A stretch of 64,000 bases of DNA from Patescibacteria group bacterium (GCA_034003985.1 JAVEXP010000002.1:208789-272788); one strand, 5' to 3'. Counted from the stretch's first letter, positions 47,230 to 56,599 are shown. Notes: generated from the sequence alone by a model not told the origin. Translations and numbers: made by a program.

Positions 47230-49107
47230 ATGAAACAAATAATCAACATAGCGAAGAATAATGTATTCGTTACGCTAGCGGCGGCTGTCGCCATTATTTT
47301 TATCACCGGTCAATTGGGATTCGGCAGTTTTTTAAGTAACCGCTTGGCTTTTGGTTATGGCGCGGGGCTGGGTTATTTGATCCGGCCGTTAATCGGCGTT
47401 AATCAGCCTTTGTTGATTCCGGATTATGGTCGGGAAGGTAGATTGTTTAGGAATTTTGGCAATACCAATGTTGAACTGGAAGTTCCTCCTCATTCAGTCC
47501 AAAGCCAAACTTTGTTTGATGTCAAACAATACAATGTCAGCTCGGCCGATAATGTTTGTGTTGGCAGTGGGGAAATCATCGGCGACAAAGCGTTTACTAT
47601 CGTTGCGACCAACCAGAATGACAATAATGTTAACAGCTTCGGCAATGATTTAACCATGTCGATTACCATGGCCGGTCTGCCACTTGATTCCAGTAATCTG
47701 GGGATCTATTATTTTAACGGCAACCACCAATGGGTGTTTGGCGGTCAGGCAGTTTTTAATATTGAAAACAGTAAAGTCACTTTTCAAACCAAGGACGCCG
47801 GCACTTTTGCCATTATTGAAGCCGCTGGCCTGCCCCGCCTAATTGAAAGTCAGGCGCGTTGTCAGGGCCAGGTTTTGGGTATTAAAGAATATGAAGAGGG
47901 TGCCATTCTGCGGACTTGCGACGCCCAAATGTATGAGATTAAAAATAGCCAGGCTGTCAGTATCGGCCGGTTGGAATTGACCAATCAGAGTTACCAAGGC
48001 AAGCCGGTCAATGATGTTGATTATGAAGTAATTGTTCGTTACACCAAGCCGGGAAGCGGTCCAGAACGCTATAAAGATTTTAACGACGGTGATTTATTGC
48101 GGACTTGCGACTGGAAAATTTATCGGGTGGAAGGCAATGTTTTTCGCCATATTGGCAGTCATACCGAGCTTCAATCAAAATACGAAGGCCAAGTTATTCA
48201 TAATGTTGATTACTGGCAGATTGCCAAATACCGCAATATCGATTACAGCCCTGAGCAGCTCAGCAGTAGTCAGGAGCAACAGGTTCTAGGGGCTAAAACT
48301 TACGCCGAGGGCACGATTCTGCGAACCTCTGATCTTAAAGTTTATGCTATGAAAGACGGTCAGCTGGTTTATCTGCGGGATTTGCCTATGTCTCAGACCA
48401 AATATTTGAATAATCCGATTTTTAATATTACTGATCAGGAATTCCAAGAAATCACGGGAGACACCAATCAGCAGTCAATTTTTGGATCCGATGCTCGGGT
48501 GTTAGGTGTCAAAAAATATGGGGTTGGCGCTTTATTGCGTACCCGTGACTGGAGAGTTTATCAAGTCGAAGTCAACGACCGGATTAGGTATATTACCAAT
48601 TTAGTTACGCCAAACGAGAACACTTATCAGGGTCGGGAAGTAATCGATGTTGATTATGGGGTATTAGCCCATTATGTTTTAGTCAGTGATGATGAGCCGT
48701 TTACCGCCACTACCGGTAAAGTCTTGGGTGCCAAGACTTATGCTGACGGCACTTTAGTTCGTATTGCCGAAGACGGCCGAATTTTCGTAGTCAATAATGG
48801 CAAGTTTAAACACATCGCCACTTTGGACGAATTAACCGAAAATTATCCCGGCGTTAAAGTCATCAATATCACTTTGGCTGATTTCAACTTGGCCCAAGGC
48901 CGTGAGTATACTACCGGCGGTCGGGTATTGGGTGTTAAAAAATATGGCAATAATGTTTTGTTAAAAACACCAGACTGGAAAGTCTACCAAATCACCGACG
49001 GCAAGATTCATCATATCGCCACTATTCCGGGAGCTCAGGATTACTACCAAGGCAAAGAAATCATTAATGTCGGTTATGAAGAATTAGCCCAATACGAAAG
49101 AATTTAA
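47230..49107 (+). CDS. Secreted/anchored protein with six or seven tandem about 55-aa beta-rich repeats
   Basis: N-terminal TM/signal. Repeats of consensus [QRK]VLG[VA]K.Y..G.[LI]LRT.DWK[VI]Y.[VI]..G..[RH]HI......Y.G..VI.V.Y. Confidence 0.6.
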   Translation: MKQIINIAKNNVFVTLAAAVAIIFITGQLGFGSFLSNRLAFGYGAGLGYLIRPLIGVNQPLLIPDYGREGRLFRNFGNTNVELEVPPHSVQSQTLFDVKQYNVSSADNVCVGSGEIIGDKAFTIVATNQNDNNVNSFGNDLTMSITMAGLPLDSSNLGIYYFNGNHQWVFGGQAVFNIENSKVTFQTKDAGTFAIIEAAGLPRLIESQARCQGQVLGIKEYEEGAILRTCDAQMYEIKNSQAVSIGRLELTNQSYQGKPVNDVDYEVIVRYTKPGSGPERYKDFNDGDLLRTCDWKIYRVEGNVFRHIGSHTELQSKYEGQVIHNVDYWQIAKYRNIDYSPEQLSSSQEQQVLGAKTYAEGTILRTSDLKVYAMKDGQLVYLRDLPMSQTKYLNNPIFNITDQEFQEITGDTNQQSIFGSDARVLGVKKYGVGALLRTRDWRVYQVEVNDRIRYITNLVTPNENTYQGREVIDVDYGVLAHYVLVSDDEPFTATTGKVLGAKTYADGTLVRIAEDGRIFVVNNGKFKHIATLDELTENYPGVKVINITLADFNLAQGREYTTGGRVLGVKKYGNNVLLKTPDWKVYQITDGKIHHIATIPGAQDYYQGKEIINVGYEELAQYERI

Positions 49108-49127
49108 ACAATTTTGAAGATAAAAAA

Positions 49128-49150
49128 AGAGGGGTTTAGCCCCTCTTTTT
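49128..49150 (+). terminator. Rho-independent terminator
   Basis: AGAGGGG-TTTAG-CCCCTCT followed by TTTTT. Confidence 0.75.
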
Positions 49151-49152
49151 AG

Positions 49153-49181
49153 TTGACCAGCAAAATTGTTTAATCTATAAT
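49153..49181 (+). promoter_or_regulatory. tRNA-Glu promoter (TTGACC-N17-TATAAT)
   Basis: TTGACC 49153-49158. TATAAT 49176-49181, 12 nt before the mature tRNA 5' end. Confidence 0.6.
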
Positions 49182-49193
49182 AATTATCTGTAT

Positions 49194-49268
49194 GGCCCGT
49201 TCGTCTAGTGGTTAGGACGCCAGGTTCTCATCCTGGTAACGGGGGTTCGATTCCCCCACGGGCTGCCA
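49194..49268 (+). tRNA. tRNA-Glu (anticodon CUC), CCA encoded
   Basis: Manual fold: acceptor GGCCCGT/ACGGGCT (G1-U72), D-arm GTCT/GGAC with AGTGGTTA loop, anticodon stem CCAGG/CCTGG, loop TTCTCAT, T-arm GGGGG-TTCGATT-CCCCC, discriminator G, CCA. Confidence 0.85.
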
Positions 49269-50855
49269 CCGTGCATAAATCGAGGTTAACGCCTCGGTTT
49301 TTGCGTAGGTTGATTGTTTTTCTTTTGGTTCTAACCTTTGATATTCTTTTTCTAACTCTGGATACTTATTTTCAATAATTTGAAACCATTCATAAAGGTT
49401 CACATCTAATTGGCAGTTAAGCAGTTTGTGGTCTTTGCCCAAGGTAACTAATATCTTTCGCTTAGTTGCACAATCTCCCGTGCTAAACCTTGTTCGGGCA
49501 TATGTTGCAAAATCAAAAGTTTCTCGAGTCAGTTCTAACCAATCTTGGCTTTTTTTCTCAAGACTGTTTATTTCACTTTTAAGCTGTAAGATTTCTTCAA
49601 CAAGTTCGCTTTTACTTTTTTTGTATTCATCTTCATCTAGGACTTGGCGAATAAGGAGTTTTTTTAGATTTTCAAGCTGTAATTCCTTGTCCTTTAGCTT
49701 CCGTACCAACTTCTGTTCTTTTTTGAATTGATTATTAACTTCAAGCTCTTGCTCCTCATCTAGTACGTCAAGCGCCCAATTTAAAAATTTTGGCATTATG
49801 GTAATTTTTCCCAACACTGAGTTTACTTGCTCATCAAGCTTTTCTTGCCTAACTGTTTTTCTTTGGGAACAATCAACACCCCTTTTTCTACGAGTGCAAT
49901 TGTAGTAATCATAGTTTTGAAGTTGGTTGGTCTCTTTAATCAACTTAGTCTTTCGTTGAGCTACAATACTGCAACCGCACTCCGCACACTCCATTAAGCC
50001 AGAATAGGGGAAGTTAAACTTTCGTCGTATCTTTTTTGTTGGTCTGTTAAGTAATGCCTGAACTCTATAATACTCATCTAAGCTGATCATTGGTTCATGG
50101 CTTCCCGGATATTCCTCGCCGTTGTAAGTTAATGCTCCCGCATAGAATTTGTTTTTGAAAATCAGGTATAGGCCGCTTTGAGTTAAGGGACGACCGCCTG
50201 TATTTCTTCTTTTAAGAGTGGTAAAACTCCATTCGTTATTAAGCTTGTCTAGAATCTCAGCAACAGAGTAGTTTCCAGTTAACATCAACTTCCAGCACTG
50301 CTGTATTAGCTTGAAGCGTTTTTCATCTTTAACGATAGTATGATTTATGAGATCATTTTTGTAGCCAGAAGGCGGTACTCCTGGCCGCCAACCTTTTTCA
50401 ACTTTACTCCTCATGCCTCGTTTTACATGTTTACTAAGATCTCTGACATATTGATTGGCCATTCCACCTTCAACGCTTAGAAGTAGAGCATTATCATCAG
50501 GTGTATGCTTTTTATCAATGGTCTGTATCTCCTGGATTATGCCGTTTTGCAACAGCCACATGATTTGTCCACTATCAACTGTATTTCTTGATAGGCGGTT
50601 GAAATGCCAACAGAGAATAGCGTCTGCTTTGCCCTCATCAAGCATTTTAAGCATTTCGGTGAAAACAGGGCGTTGATAAGGTGCTTTGGCTGATTTAGAT
50701 TCTTTTAGAATCTTGGTAATTTTCAACCCTTGAATATCAGCCAATCGTTTAAGCTCCTTAATTTGGTCATCAATGGACTGAACTTGTCTTTCTCGTCCTT
50801 CGCTTGATTTTCGAGCGTAAAGGACATACCTCAATTGTTTTTTATTAGTTTCCAT
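49212..50855 (-). mobile_element. Large serine recombinase (integrase). Its 3' end overlaps the tRNA-Glu 3' end.
   Basis: Resolvase catalytic domain YVLYARKSSEGRERQVQSIDDQ (nucleophile Ser). Recombinase domain. Zn-ribbon CAECGCS...YYNCTRRKRGVDC. Long C-terminal coiled coil. Confidence 0.85.
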
Positions 50856-51039
50856 ATTTTAGTGTGTTACATAATTAGTGGTTTCTTTACTTTTACCGTG
50901 TTAAGAAACCTAGACCTTGCACCTCGCCACGATAGGAGAGAGTGGGCTATCACAGAATTAATATAATCTGTTTTTGTGACAAGGTACATTTCTTCACGGT
51001 GGTGGTTAAAAGTAGCTACTATATATAACTACTGATTCT

Positions 51040-52017
51040 TTAACCACCAGAGGGATCAGCTATACTGTAGAGCTTTGCATTCTTTAGGCCGGCTTCACAT
51101 TTGATTGCTCCCTCAGATTCTAGTGATTTCAGAATCTTTTTCAATGTTGAATCGCCAATTTTAATGTCCATTAAATGAAGAAGTTCAAGTATCTCTTTTC
51201 TTTTAATTTGATCATTTTCACTTAGTACTTCAAGAATTAATTTTCGATAGTCGTCCCATGTCAATTTGGTTATTTCTCCCATGTAACGCAACTCTACCTT
51301 ATCGTCTGACTTTACTAACTCTATGCTGAAAGCCTTAATCTCTTCTTCAAACCTATTTTTGCTTTGAGTAATTGTTACTATTTTTTCTTCTCGATTAACC
51401 ATCAAGTGTGAATCTATCGCACCTAGTAAATCGGAGCTGCCACGCATATCTTGGTTACTTGCGCTTTGGTCTGAACCTTTCTTTCGATTGTGATGACAGA
51501 TTATTACTGTAAAGCCGTTAGCAGAAAGCATCCTGTAGCTTTTTAAGACTTGACTCATTTCAACAGCATCATTTTCATTAGCTTGATGAGTCCTTATTAA
51601 CGAATCTATAATAATGACTTTAACACCCCACTTTCGACATTCCGCCATTAAGTTGCTTATCCCGTCTTTTTGAATGTTAAAGCCCTTCAAAGATTTAAAA
51701 TGTATTGGCAGGTTGAAGTCATTAGCCATTAGTCCCATTCTTCTTTGTATTACACGCTCTGGATTTTCTTCGTCAATGACCATGACAGGCATTAGACTTG
51801 TTTCGAACTTACCCAAGAAATTTTGCCCTGAAGCAATGGCAATTGCCATATTATGAAGTATCCAAGTCTTACAGCTTCCTGCATAGCCCGAAACTATGGT
51901 CACAGCATCTAGGGGAACAAGCCCCTCTACAGCCCATTCCAGATCTGGGAATTTCTTGTTCATTAGCTCGGCAAGAGTAATCGTATCGTAGTTAGGTGTG
52001 AAATCAACGTAGTTCAT
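51040..52017 (-). CDS. RecA-fold AAA_25/RepA-like ATPase (island replication/primase-helicase-associated) with C-terminal wHTH
   Basis: Walker A VSGYAGSCKTW. Walker B VIIIDSL. RepA/DnaB-like KaiC-fold core. C-terminal DQIKRKEILELL helix-turn-helix. Confidence 0.7.
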   Translation of the reverse strand: MNYVDFTPNYDTITLAELMNKKFPDLEWAVEGLVPLDAVTIVSGYAGSCKTWILHNMAIAIASGQNFLGKFETSLMPVMVIDEENPERVIQRRMGLMANDFNLPIHFKSLKGFNIQKDGISNLMAECRKWGVKVIIIDSLIRTHQANENDAVEMSQVLKSYRMLSANGFTVIICHHNRKKGSDQSASNQDMRGSSDLLGAIDSHLMVNREEKIVTITQSKNRFEEEIKAFSIELVKSDDKVELRYMGEITKLTWDDYRKLILEVLSENDQIKRKEILELLHLMDIKIGDSTLKKILKSLESEGAIKCEAGLKNAKLYSIADPSGG

Positions 52018-52250
52018 ATTTTTGATTTACTATTAAGCTTTTCAACATCTGCAGATGTAATTGGTTTATAAATTTCCTCAACCATAGTCAGTAGAGTATT
52101 TGCTAACTCTAAAGCAGCTTGATTTGATAATTGCTTGCCGAAAGTATCCGCATAGCACCTCTTGAATTTGTTTAGCTGTTTTTGATTTAACATAAAAATA
52201 CTCACCTGAGTGTGAGTATCATAGCATCCTAGGTTTGCGAAAAGTCGCAC
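52014..52250 (-). CDS. Small hypothetical protein (78 aa), translationally coupled to the AAA_25 gene
   Basis: ATGA overlap with the downstream gene. No motif. Confidence 0.4.
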   Translation of the reverse strand: MRLFANLGCYDTHTQVSIFMLNQKQLNKFKRCYADTFGKQLSNQAALELANTLLTMVEEIYKPITSADVEKLNSKSKI

Positions 52251-52267
52251 TTAGATTAATCTAAGTG

Positions 52268-52969
52268 TCACGTCAACTTTTGATTATACCTACTAAAAAC
52301 TTTTCTAAGATTTTGTTCTATTTTTTTTATCTCTTTATCTGATACATCGTTATCTCCCGCTAATTCTTGAGCAATAATTTCAGCCATTTTTTTGTACGAA
52401 GAAATTTTTTCAATTTTACCTTCCACGATATCTTTAATTCCGTTACGTTTTAAGTCAGTTCCTTCAATGTAAAGATAAAGATTATCTAGTGTTTCTCTGG
52501 TAGTGCGAGGTGTATTAATGTTTGGCCACAATTTCTCTTGTGCATTTTTAATACTTGGCAGAAGAGCATTTTTAACTTCTTCGCTGGTTGTGTGTGCATT
52601 GAATTCGATAATAGCTTTATTTTTTTGAACGCTAATGTTAACAGATTGACTTGGTACAAAAAGTTTTCCAGTAACAAGCCATGTAAAAATATAGGGATTC
52701 CAAAAGCTTCCCAATCCGTATTTTTTGGTTAAGTTGTCTATGTCTGTATCAAATTTATCTAAGTCTTTATTGCCATTGAGTTCAATAAATTTGTTCATGC
52801 TAATAGCTTTTTCACCGTCTCGTAACTGCCATTTTTTATCTATTGCATCAACATCATTACGAAAAGAGCTATTCTCGATGAATAGCCTTGTAAAGATAAA
52901 TAAATTCTTTTCGTATCCGCTTATATCTTTAGGCATACACTCTAAAGTCACCAGAATGACCCTGGTCAC
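52268..52969 (-). CDS. Hypothetical protein (233 aa), island cargo
   Basis: ORF with island-like low GC and no recognisable motif. Confidence 0.45.
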   Translation of the reverse strand: MTRVILVTLECMPKDISGYEKNLFIFTRLFIENSSFRNDVDAIDKKWQLRDGEKAISMNKFIELNGNKDLDKFDTDIDNLTKKYGLGSFWNPYIFTWLVTGKLFVPSQSVNISVQKNKAIIEFNAHTTSEEVKNALLPSIKNAQEKLWPNINTPRTTRETLDNLYLYIEGTDLKRNGIKDIVEGKIEKISSYKKMAEIIAQELAGDNDVSDKEIKKIEQNLRKVFSRYNQKLT

Positions 52970-53052
52970 ATTTTTTTTCTTATTTGTGTATGTTTTATCA
53001 AGGTATGACGGTTTTGTCCAGAGAGGGTGAATAAAGGACTTGAATTACTGGT

Positions 53053-53979
53053 TTAATCAAAAATTTCCATTTTTAAGCTTATAGTGCAATAAGGAGAAGA
53101 AAACACCTGCCGTTTCATATATTGGTCATAAATCTCGACACCATGTTCTTTAGTCCATTCATTTTCTATTAAATCTTTATTTTCTTTTACACCAGTGCCA
53201 TAATCTTCAATATTCCATTCATCTTCATATTTGATTTTATCTTCCTTAAATTCTTTTACTAAAGAACCCGGAAATTTTTTAACTCTACGCATAGGATCAA
53301 GTCGAGAGCTACTATTATGCATAATAATAAAAAATTCTAATACTGTGTTAAATGGAAATATAGAAAACTTATCTTCATCCATAACATCTCCATCGGGCAA
53401 AATTGTATGAAATCCTAGATACTCAGGCCTAATGACTAATGTATTTGAAATGTTATTGTCTTTATATTTTTTATGGTTAATCCATGAAAAAAAGTTTTTC
53501 GTTTCGAAAATATTACCTCTAATTTCTATATCATCAATAAATGTTTTGTAATGATCTGACCAAATTTGTTCCAAATTTGATAGGTGGTTGTAAAAATAAA
53601 CGAACCTAAAAGATTTACCATAAAGACTTTTATCTTCATCAGTATTTAAACTTTTATCTTTTTTTATTTCATTAACGAATTTTTCTGCGGTAGTCTTATT
53701 ATCTTTAGCTAGTTTTTTGATTATCTCGTGCCATTCGGGAGTTATTACAATGTCTAGTTTATAAGAGGGAGTTTTATATTTTTCCGCACCGACTATATCT
53801 ACTACACCAACTTCGTTTTCTACTTTTTTGAGCCGCCTATCTATTGAAAATAACATCCAGTATAAGGCCGCACCGACACCAATTGCCATTTTTGTACCTG
53901 GCGTAAAATCGGCGCTGAGAAAAAATATCACAACAACTATACCGATTGCCCATTTGATTAAATTATTTGATTTTTTCAT
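53053..53979 (-). CDS. Hypothetical membrane protein (2 N-terminal TM helices plus about 230-aa cytoplasmic domain), island cargo
   Basis: TM1 LIKWAIGIVVVIFFLSA and TM2 MAIGVGAALYWMLFSI. The rest is unassigned. Confidence 0.5.
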   Translation of the reverse strand: MKKSNNLIKWAIGIVVVIFFLSADFTPGTKMAIGVGAALYWMLFSIDRRLKKVENEVGVVDIVGAEKYKTPSYKLDIVITPEWHEIIKKLAKDNKTTAEKFVNEIKKDKSLNTDEDKSLYGKSFRFVYFYNHLSNLEQIWSDHYKTFIDDIEIRGNIFETKNFFSWINHKKYKDNNISNTLVIRPEYLGFHTILPDGDVMDEDKFSIFPFNTVLEFFIIMHNSSSRLDPMRRVKKFPGSLVKEFKEDKIKYEDEWNIEDYGTGVKENKDLIENEWTKEHGVEIYDQYMKRQVFSSPYCTISLKMEIFD

Positions 53980-54057
53980 AAGCTATAAACTTTTATTTAG
54001 TTAACACAAAGCCCCACGCTAGCTAGGCCGAAGCCACATGCCCGTTTCCAGACATGA

Positions 54058-54105
54058 CCCAAGATGAGTCGCTGAACGTGGGGTTCAGTATCATCTTGGG
54101 TTTTT
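54058..54105 (+). other. Nested perfect hairpin (10-bp outer stem plus inner 6-bp stem) followed by a T-run, in the divergent promoter region
   Basis: CCCAAGATGA-gtcg-CTGAAC-gtgggg-GTTCAG-ta-TCATCTTGGG-TTTTT. Confidence 0.6.
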
Positions 54106-54247
54106 AGACCATGCCCTGCGGAGCAGAGTTTAGGTCATCTAGATTGTAGGTTAATAATAAAATATTTGCTTAACTTTGTAAATATTTACTTGATTTTTTG
54201 TCCAGAATGTGTAAAAATTATGTTACTAATTTTTAACCCATAATTCT

Positions 54248-54865
54248 ATGTCAAAAGAAAATCAAAAAGATGATCTTGAGGCTGTTAGACTTATTGCTGA
54301 GACCCTTGAGAATTTTTCAGATCAAGAACGTGAAAGGATAATTCGTTGGTCACTAGAAAAACTGGGGACAGAAGCAGGAAGCTTCCCCTCTGTGAAAACT
54401 AGCCCATCTGTGCAAACTGGTGTAGCCGAAATCGTTAATCAAAGTGCCTCGGCAAGTACAAACACAGATATCTTAAAACCAAAAGATATAAAAAGTTTTG
54501 TTGACAGTAAAGATCCAAAAAGTGATAAGGAGTTAGCAGCAGTGGTAGCTTTTTATTACGCGTTTGAAATGCCTGATGAGGAAAAGAAAGAGTCGATTGG
54601 ATCTAAAGATCTAACTGAAGCATGTCGTCTAGCTCAACGTAGACGGCCAAAAGACCCTGCCCAGACTTTAAGAAATTCTGCATATGCTGGTTATCTTGAT
54701 AATATTGAAAGAGGTCAGTATAAGATTAATTCCGTCGGTGAAAACTTGGTGGCCATGATTTTACCAGGCAAGGTTGAATCAACTCAGTTAAAAAACAAAA
54801 AGCCTCGAACAAACACGAAGAAAACACAATCGAAAAGAACTAAAAAATCTTCCAAGCGAAAATAA
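54248..54865 (+). CDS. Hypothetical protein, gene 1 of a three-gene operon (205 aa; Lys/Arg-rich C-terminal tail)
   Basis: ORF with a C-terminal KNKKPRTNTKKTQSKRTKKSSKRK tail (nucleic-acid-binding-like). 7-nt gap to the next gene. Confidence 0.5.
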   Translation: MSKENQKDDLEAVRLIAETLENFSDQERERIIRWSLEKLGTEAGSFPSVKTSPSVQTGVAEIVNQSASASTNTDILKPKDIKSFVDSKDPKSDKELAAVVAFYYAFEMPDEEKKESIGSKDLTEACRLAQRRRPKDPAQTLRNSAYAGYLDNIERGQYKINSVGENLVAMILPGKVESTQLKNKKPRTNTKKTQSKRTKKSSKRK

Positions 54866-54871
54866 AGCTTT

Positions 54872-55687
54872 ATGGATTCACGCATAGATTCTATCAATAG
54901 CGCCATAGAGGAGATAACAAGACTAGCAAAATACCTAAAAGGGAGAAAAACCGTCCAAGTAAAAACTTTGGAAGAGAAACAGGTAATTGCTTCTACGGTC
55001 TACGCATGGATAAATAAACATAGAAAACTTTTTACTCAATCTTCTGGCAGTGCTGATTTAGATAACATAGATCAACTTTATCTATCGGTTTTGAGTCTCT
55101 CTGAACAAAGTGCTACTAGAAAAAAATATAGTGATATATTAAAGCTTCTAAAAAAAGCCTTAATAAGTTTTAGAGAACACATAATATCAAATGTCATAGT
55201 CAATCCTGTATATACCATGCCGGAGTTTTCAAGCTTGGTTGAAGATCAAAAAATGCAATCCATTCTTAAAAAAAGGTGGGACGAAATAAATAGATGTCTA
55301 CAAAATGAAGCATCACTTTCTGCAACCATAATGATGGGGGGAACACTAGAAGCCCTTCTATTGGCAAGGATTAACAAGCTGTCAAACAAAGACCCTATCT
55401 TTAAGTTAAAATCTACTCCGAAAGATGGTAAGACCAAAAAAGCTAAAAATTTATCGGATTGGACTCTCAATGATTATATTAATGTTTGTGCAGAGATGGG
55501 ATGGATAACAGAGCCAGCAAGACAAGTTAGCCAGATATTAAGAGACTATAGAAATATTATACATCCAGAAAAAGAGTACAGAAGTGGTATTAATATAGAC
55601 ACAAGTGATGCGCAGCTCTTTTATCAAATATTCTCACAGTTAACAGAGCAAATAGTTAAGACAAAAAATGATGGAATTACAAATTGA
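54872..55687 (+). CDS. Hypothetical protein with C-terminal HEPN-like domain (Rx4-6H motif), gene 2 of the operon
   Basis: C-terminal all-alpha region ...ATIMMGGTLEALLLARINKLS...LSDWTLNDYINVCAEMGWITEPARQVSQILRDYRNIIHPEKE. The RDYRNIIH / R-N-x-x-H motif is typical of HEPN/DUF4145-type RNases. Confidence 0.5.
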   Translation: MDSRIDSINSAIEEITRLAKYLKGRKTVQVKTLEEKQVIASTVYAWINKHRKLFTQSSGSADLDNIDQLYLSVLSLSEQSATRKKYSDILKLLKKALISFREHIISNVIVNPVYTMPEFSSLVEDQKMQSILKKRWDEINRCLQNEASLSATIMMGGTLEALLLARINKLSNKDPIFKLKSTPKDGKTKKAKNLSDWTLNDYINVCAEMGWITEPARQVSQILRDYRNIIHPEKEYRSGINIDTSDAQLFYQIFSQLTEQIVKTKNDGITN

Positions 55688-56411
55688 AGAAGTTCGGGAA
55701 TACTTAAATAAGTTATCAGGAGGTATTAACAACCACAAAGATGAGCTGTTCTCTTTGCACAAGGAAAACTCTTTTAATAAAAGATTTTCCATTGTTCTTA
55801 GTTCTTTCGAGGATCTTAGTGCTGTAGTAGATCAATTGAGCTTGAATATAAAGGAGTCGGTAGAAGTTGAAAAAGAAATACAGAGAAGGTGGTATAGAGA
55901 AGATAAAGACAAAATAACAAGTGAAGGCCAAAAACTCAGAAAAAAAGCACACAAATTAACGCTGCACTGTCAAAAGGACTTTAAATCTCTCTACATATTT
56001 TCAAAAATTTTTCTTGATAAATACACTAAACTATTTTCTTTCATTACTAAGTGGCGTGGCGTCGGGAATAGTTCAATAACATCATTTTTCAATGATTTGC
56101 TCAAATATGAAGGAGAAAAAAAAGAAATTATTCAATTCAAAGCAGAGTGCTTAAACGGTCTTAAGTCAGTAAACATTTTTTTGACTCAATATCGTGATAA
56201 ATTTGTTGTTCATCATGAAATTAATCAAGTTAACGGTCCATGGTTTATAAACTCAATGAATGGAGATATTAGATTTGTAAACGAAGGCGGTAGACCATCT
56301 GTTACTCCTGTGGAGTTATTGTTCGTAGTAAAAAATTATGTTTCAATTAGCACGAGTTACGTGACGAATTATTGGATTAATGAGTTAAAGGATATAAGTC
56401 CAGGGGTATAA
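55668..56411 (+). CDS. Hypothetical protein, gene 3 of the operon (247 aa); overlaps gene 2 by 20 nt
   Basis: Coupled ORF with no recognisable motif. Confidence 0.45.
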   Translation: MMELQIEEVREYLNKLSGGINNHKDELFSLHKENSFNKRFSIVLSSFEDLSAVVDQLSLNIKESVEVEKEIQRRWYREDKDKITSEGQKLRKKAHKLTLHCQKDFKSLYIFSKIFLDKYTKLFSFITKWRGVGNSSITSFFNDLLKYEGEKKEIIQFKAECLNGLKSVNIFLTQYRDKFVVHHEINQVNGPWFINSMNGDIRFVNEGGRPSVTPVELLFVVKNYVSISTSYVTNYWINELKDISPGV

Positions 56412-56599
56412 ATTTATATAATTGTGGTGTCTAAAAATCTAAACTCCACTTTTTGAGATTACACTTCTAACCAACGAAACCGTGCTCTGCCAGATGAAAA
56501 ATAGTACCAAGCGACCCGAGTGGGCTATTTTAGCGAAATTTTTTTGAGTCATTTTTTAGATTTATCCACAACCCAATAAGGAATAGAACTAAATTATTT

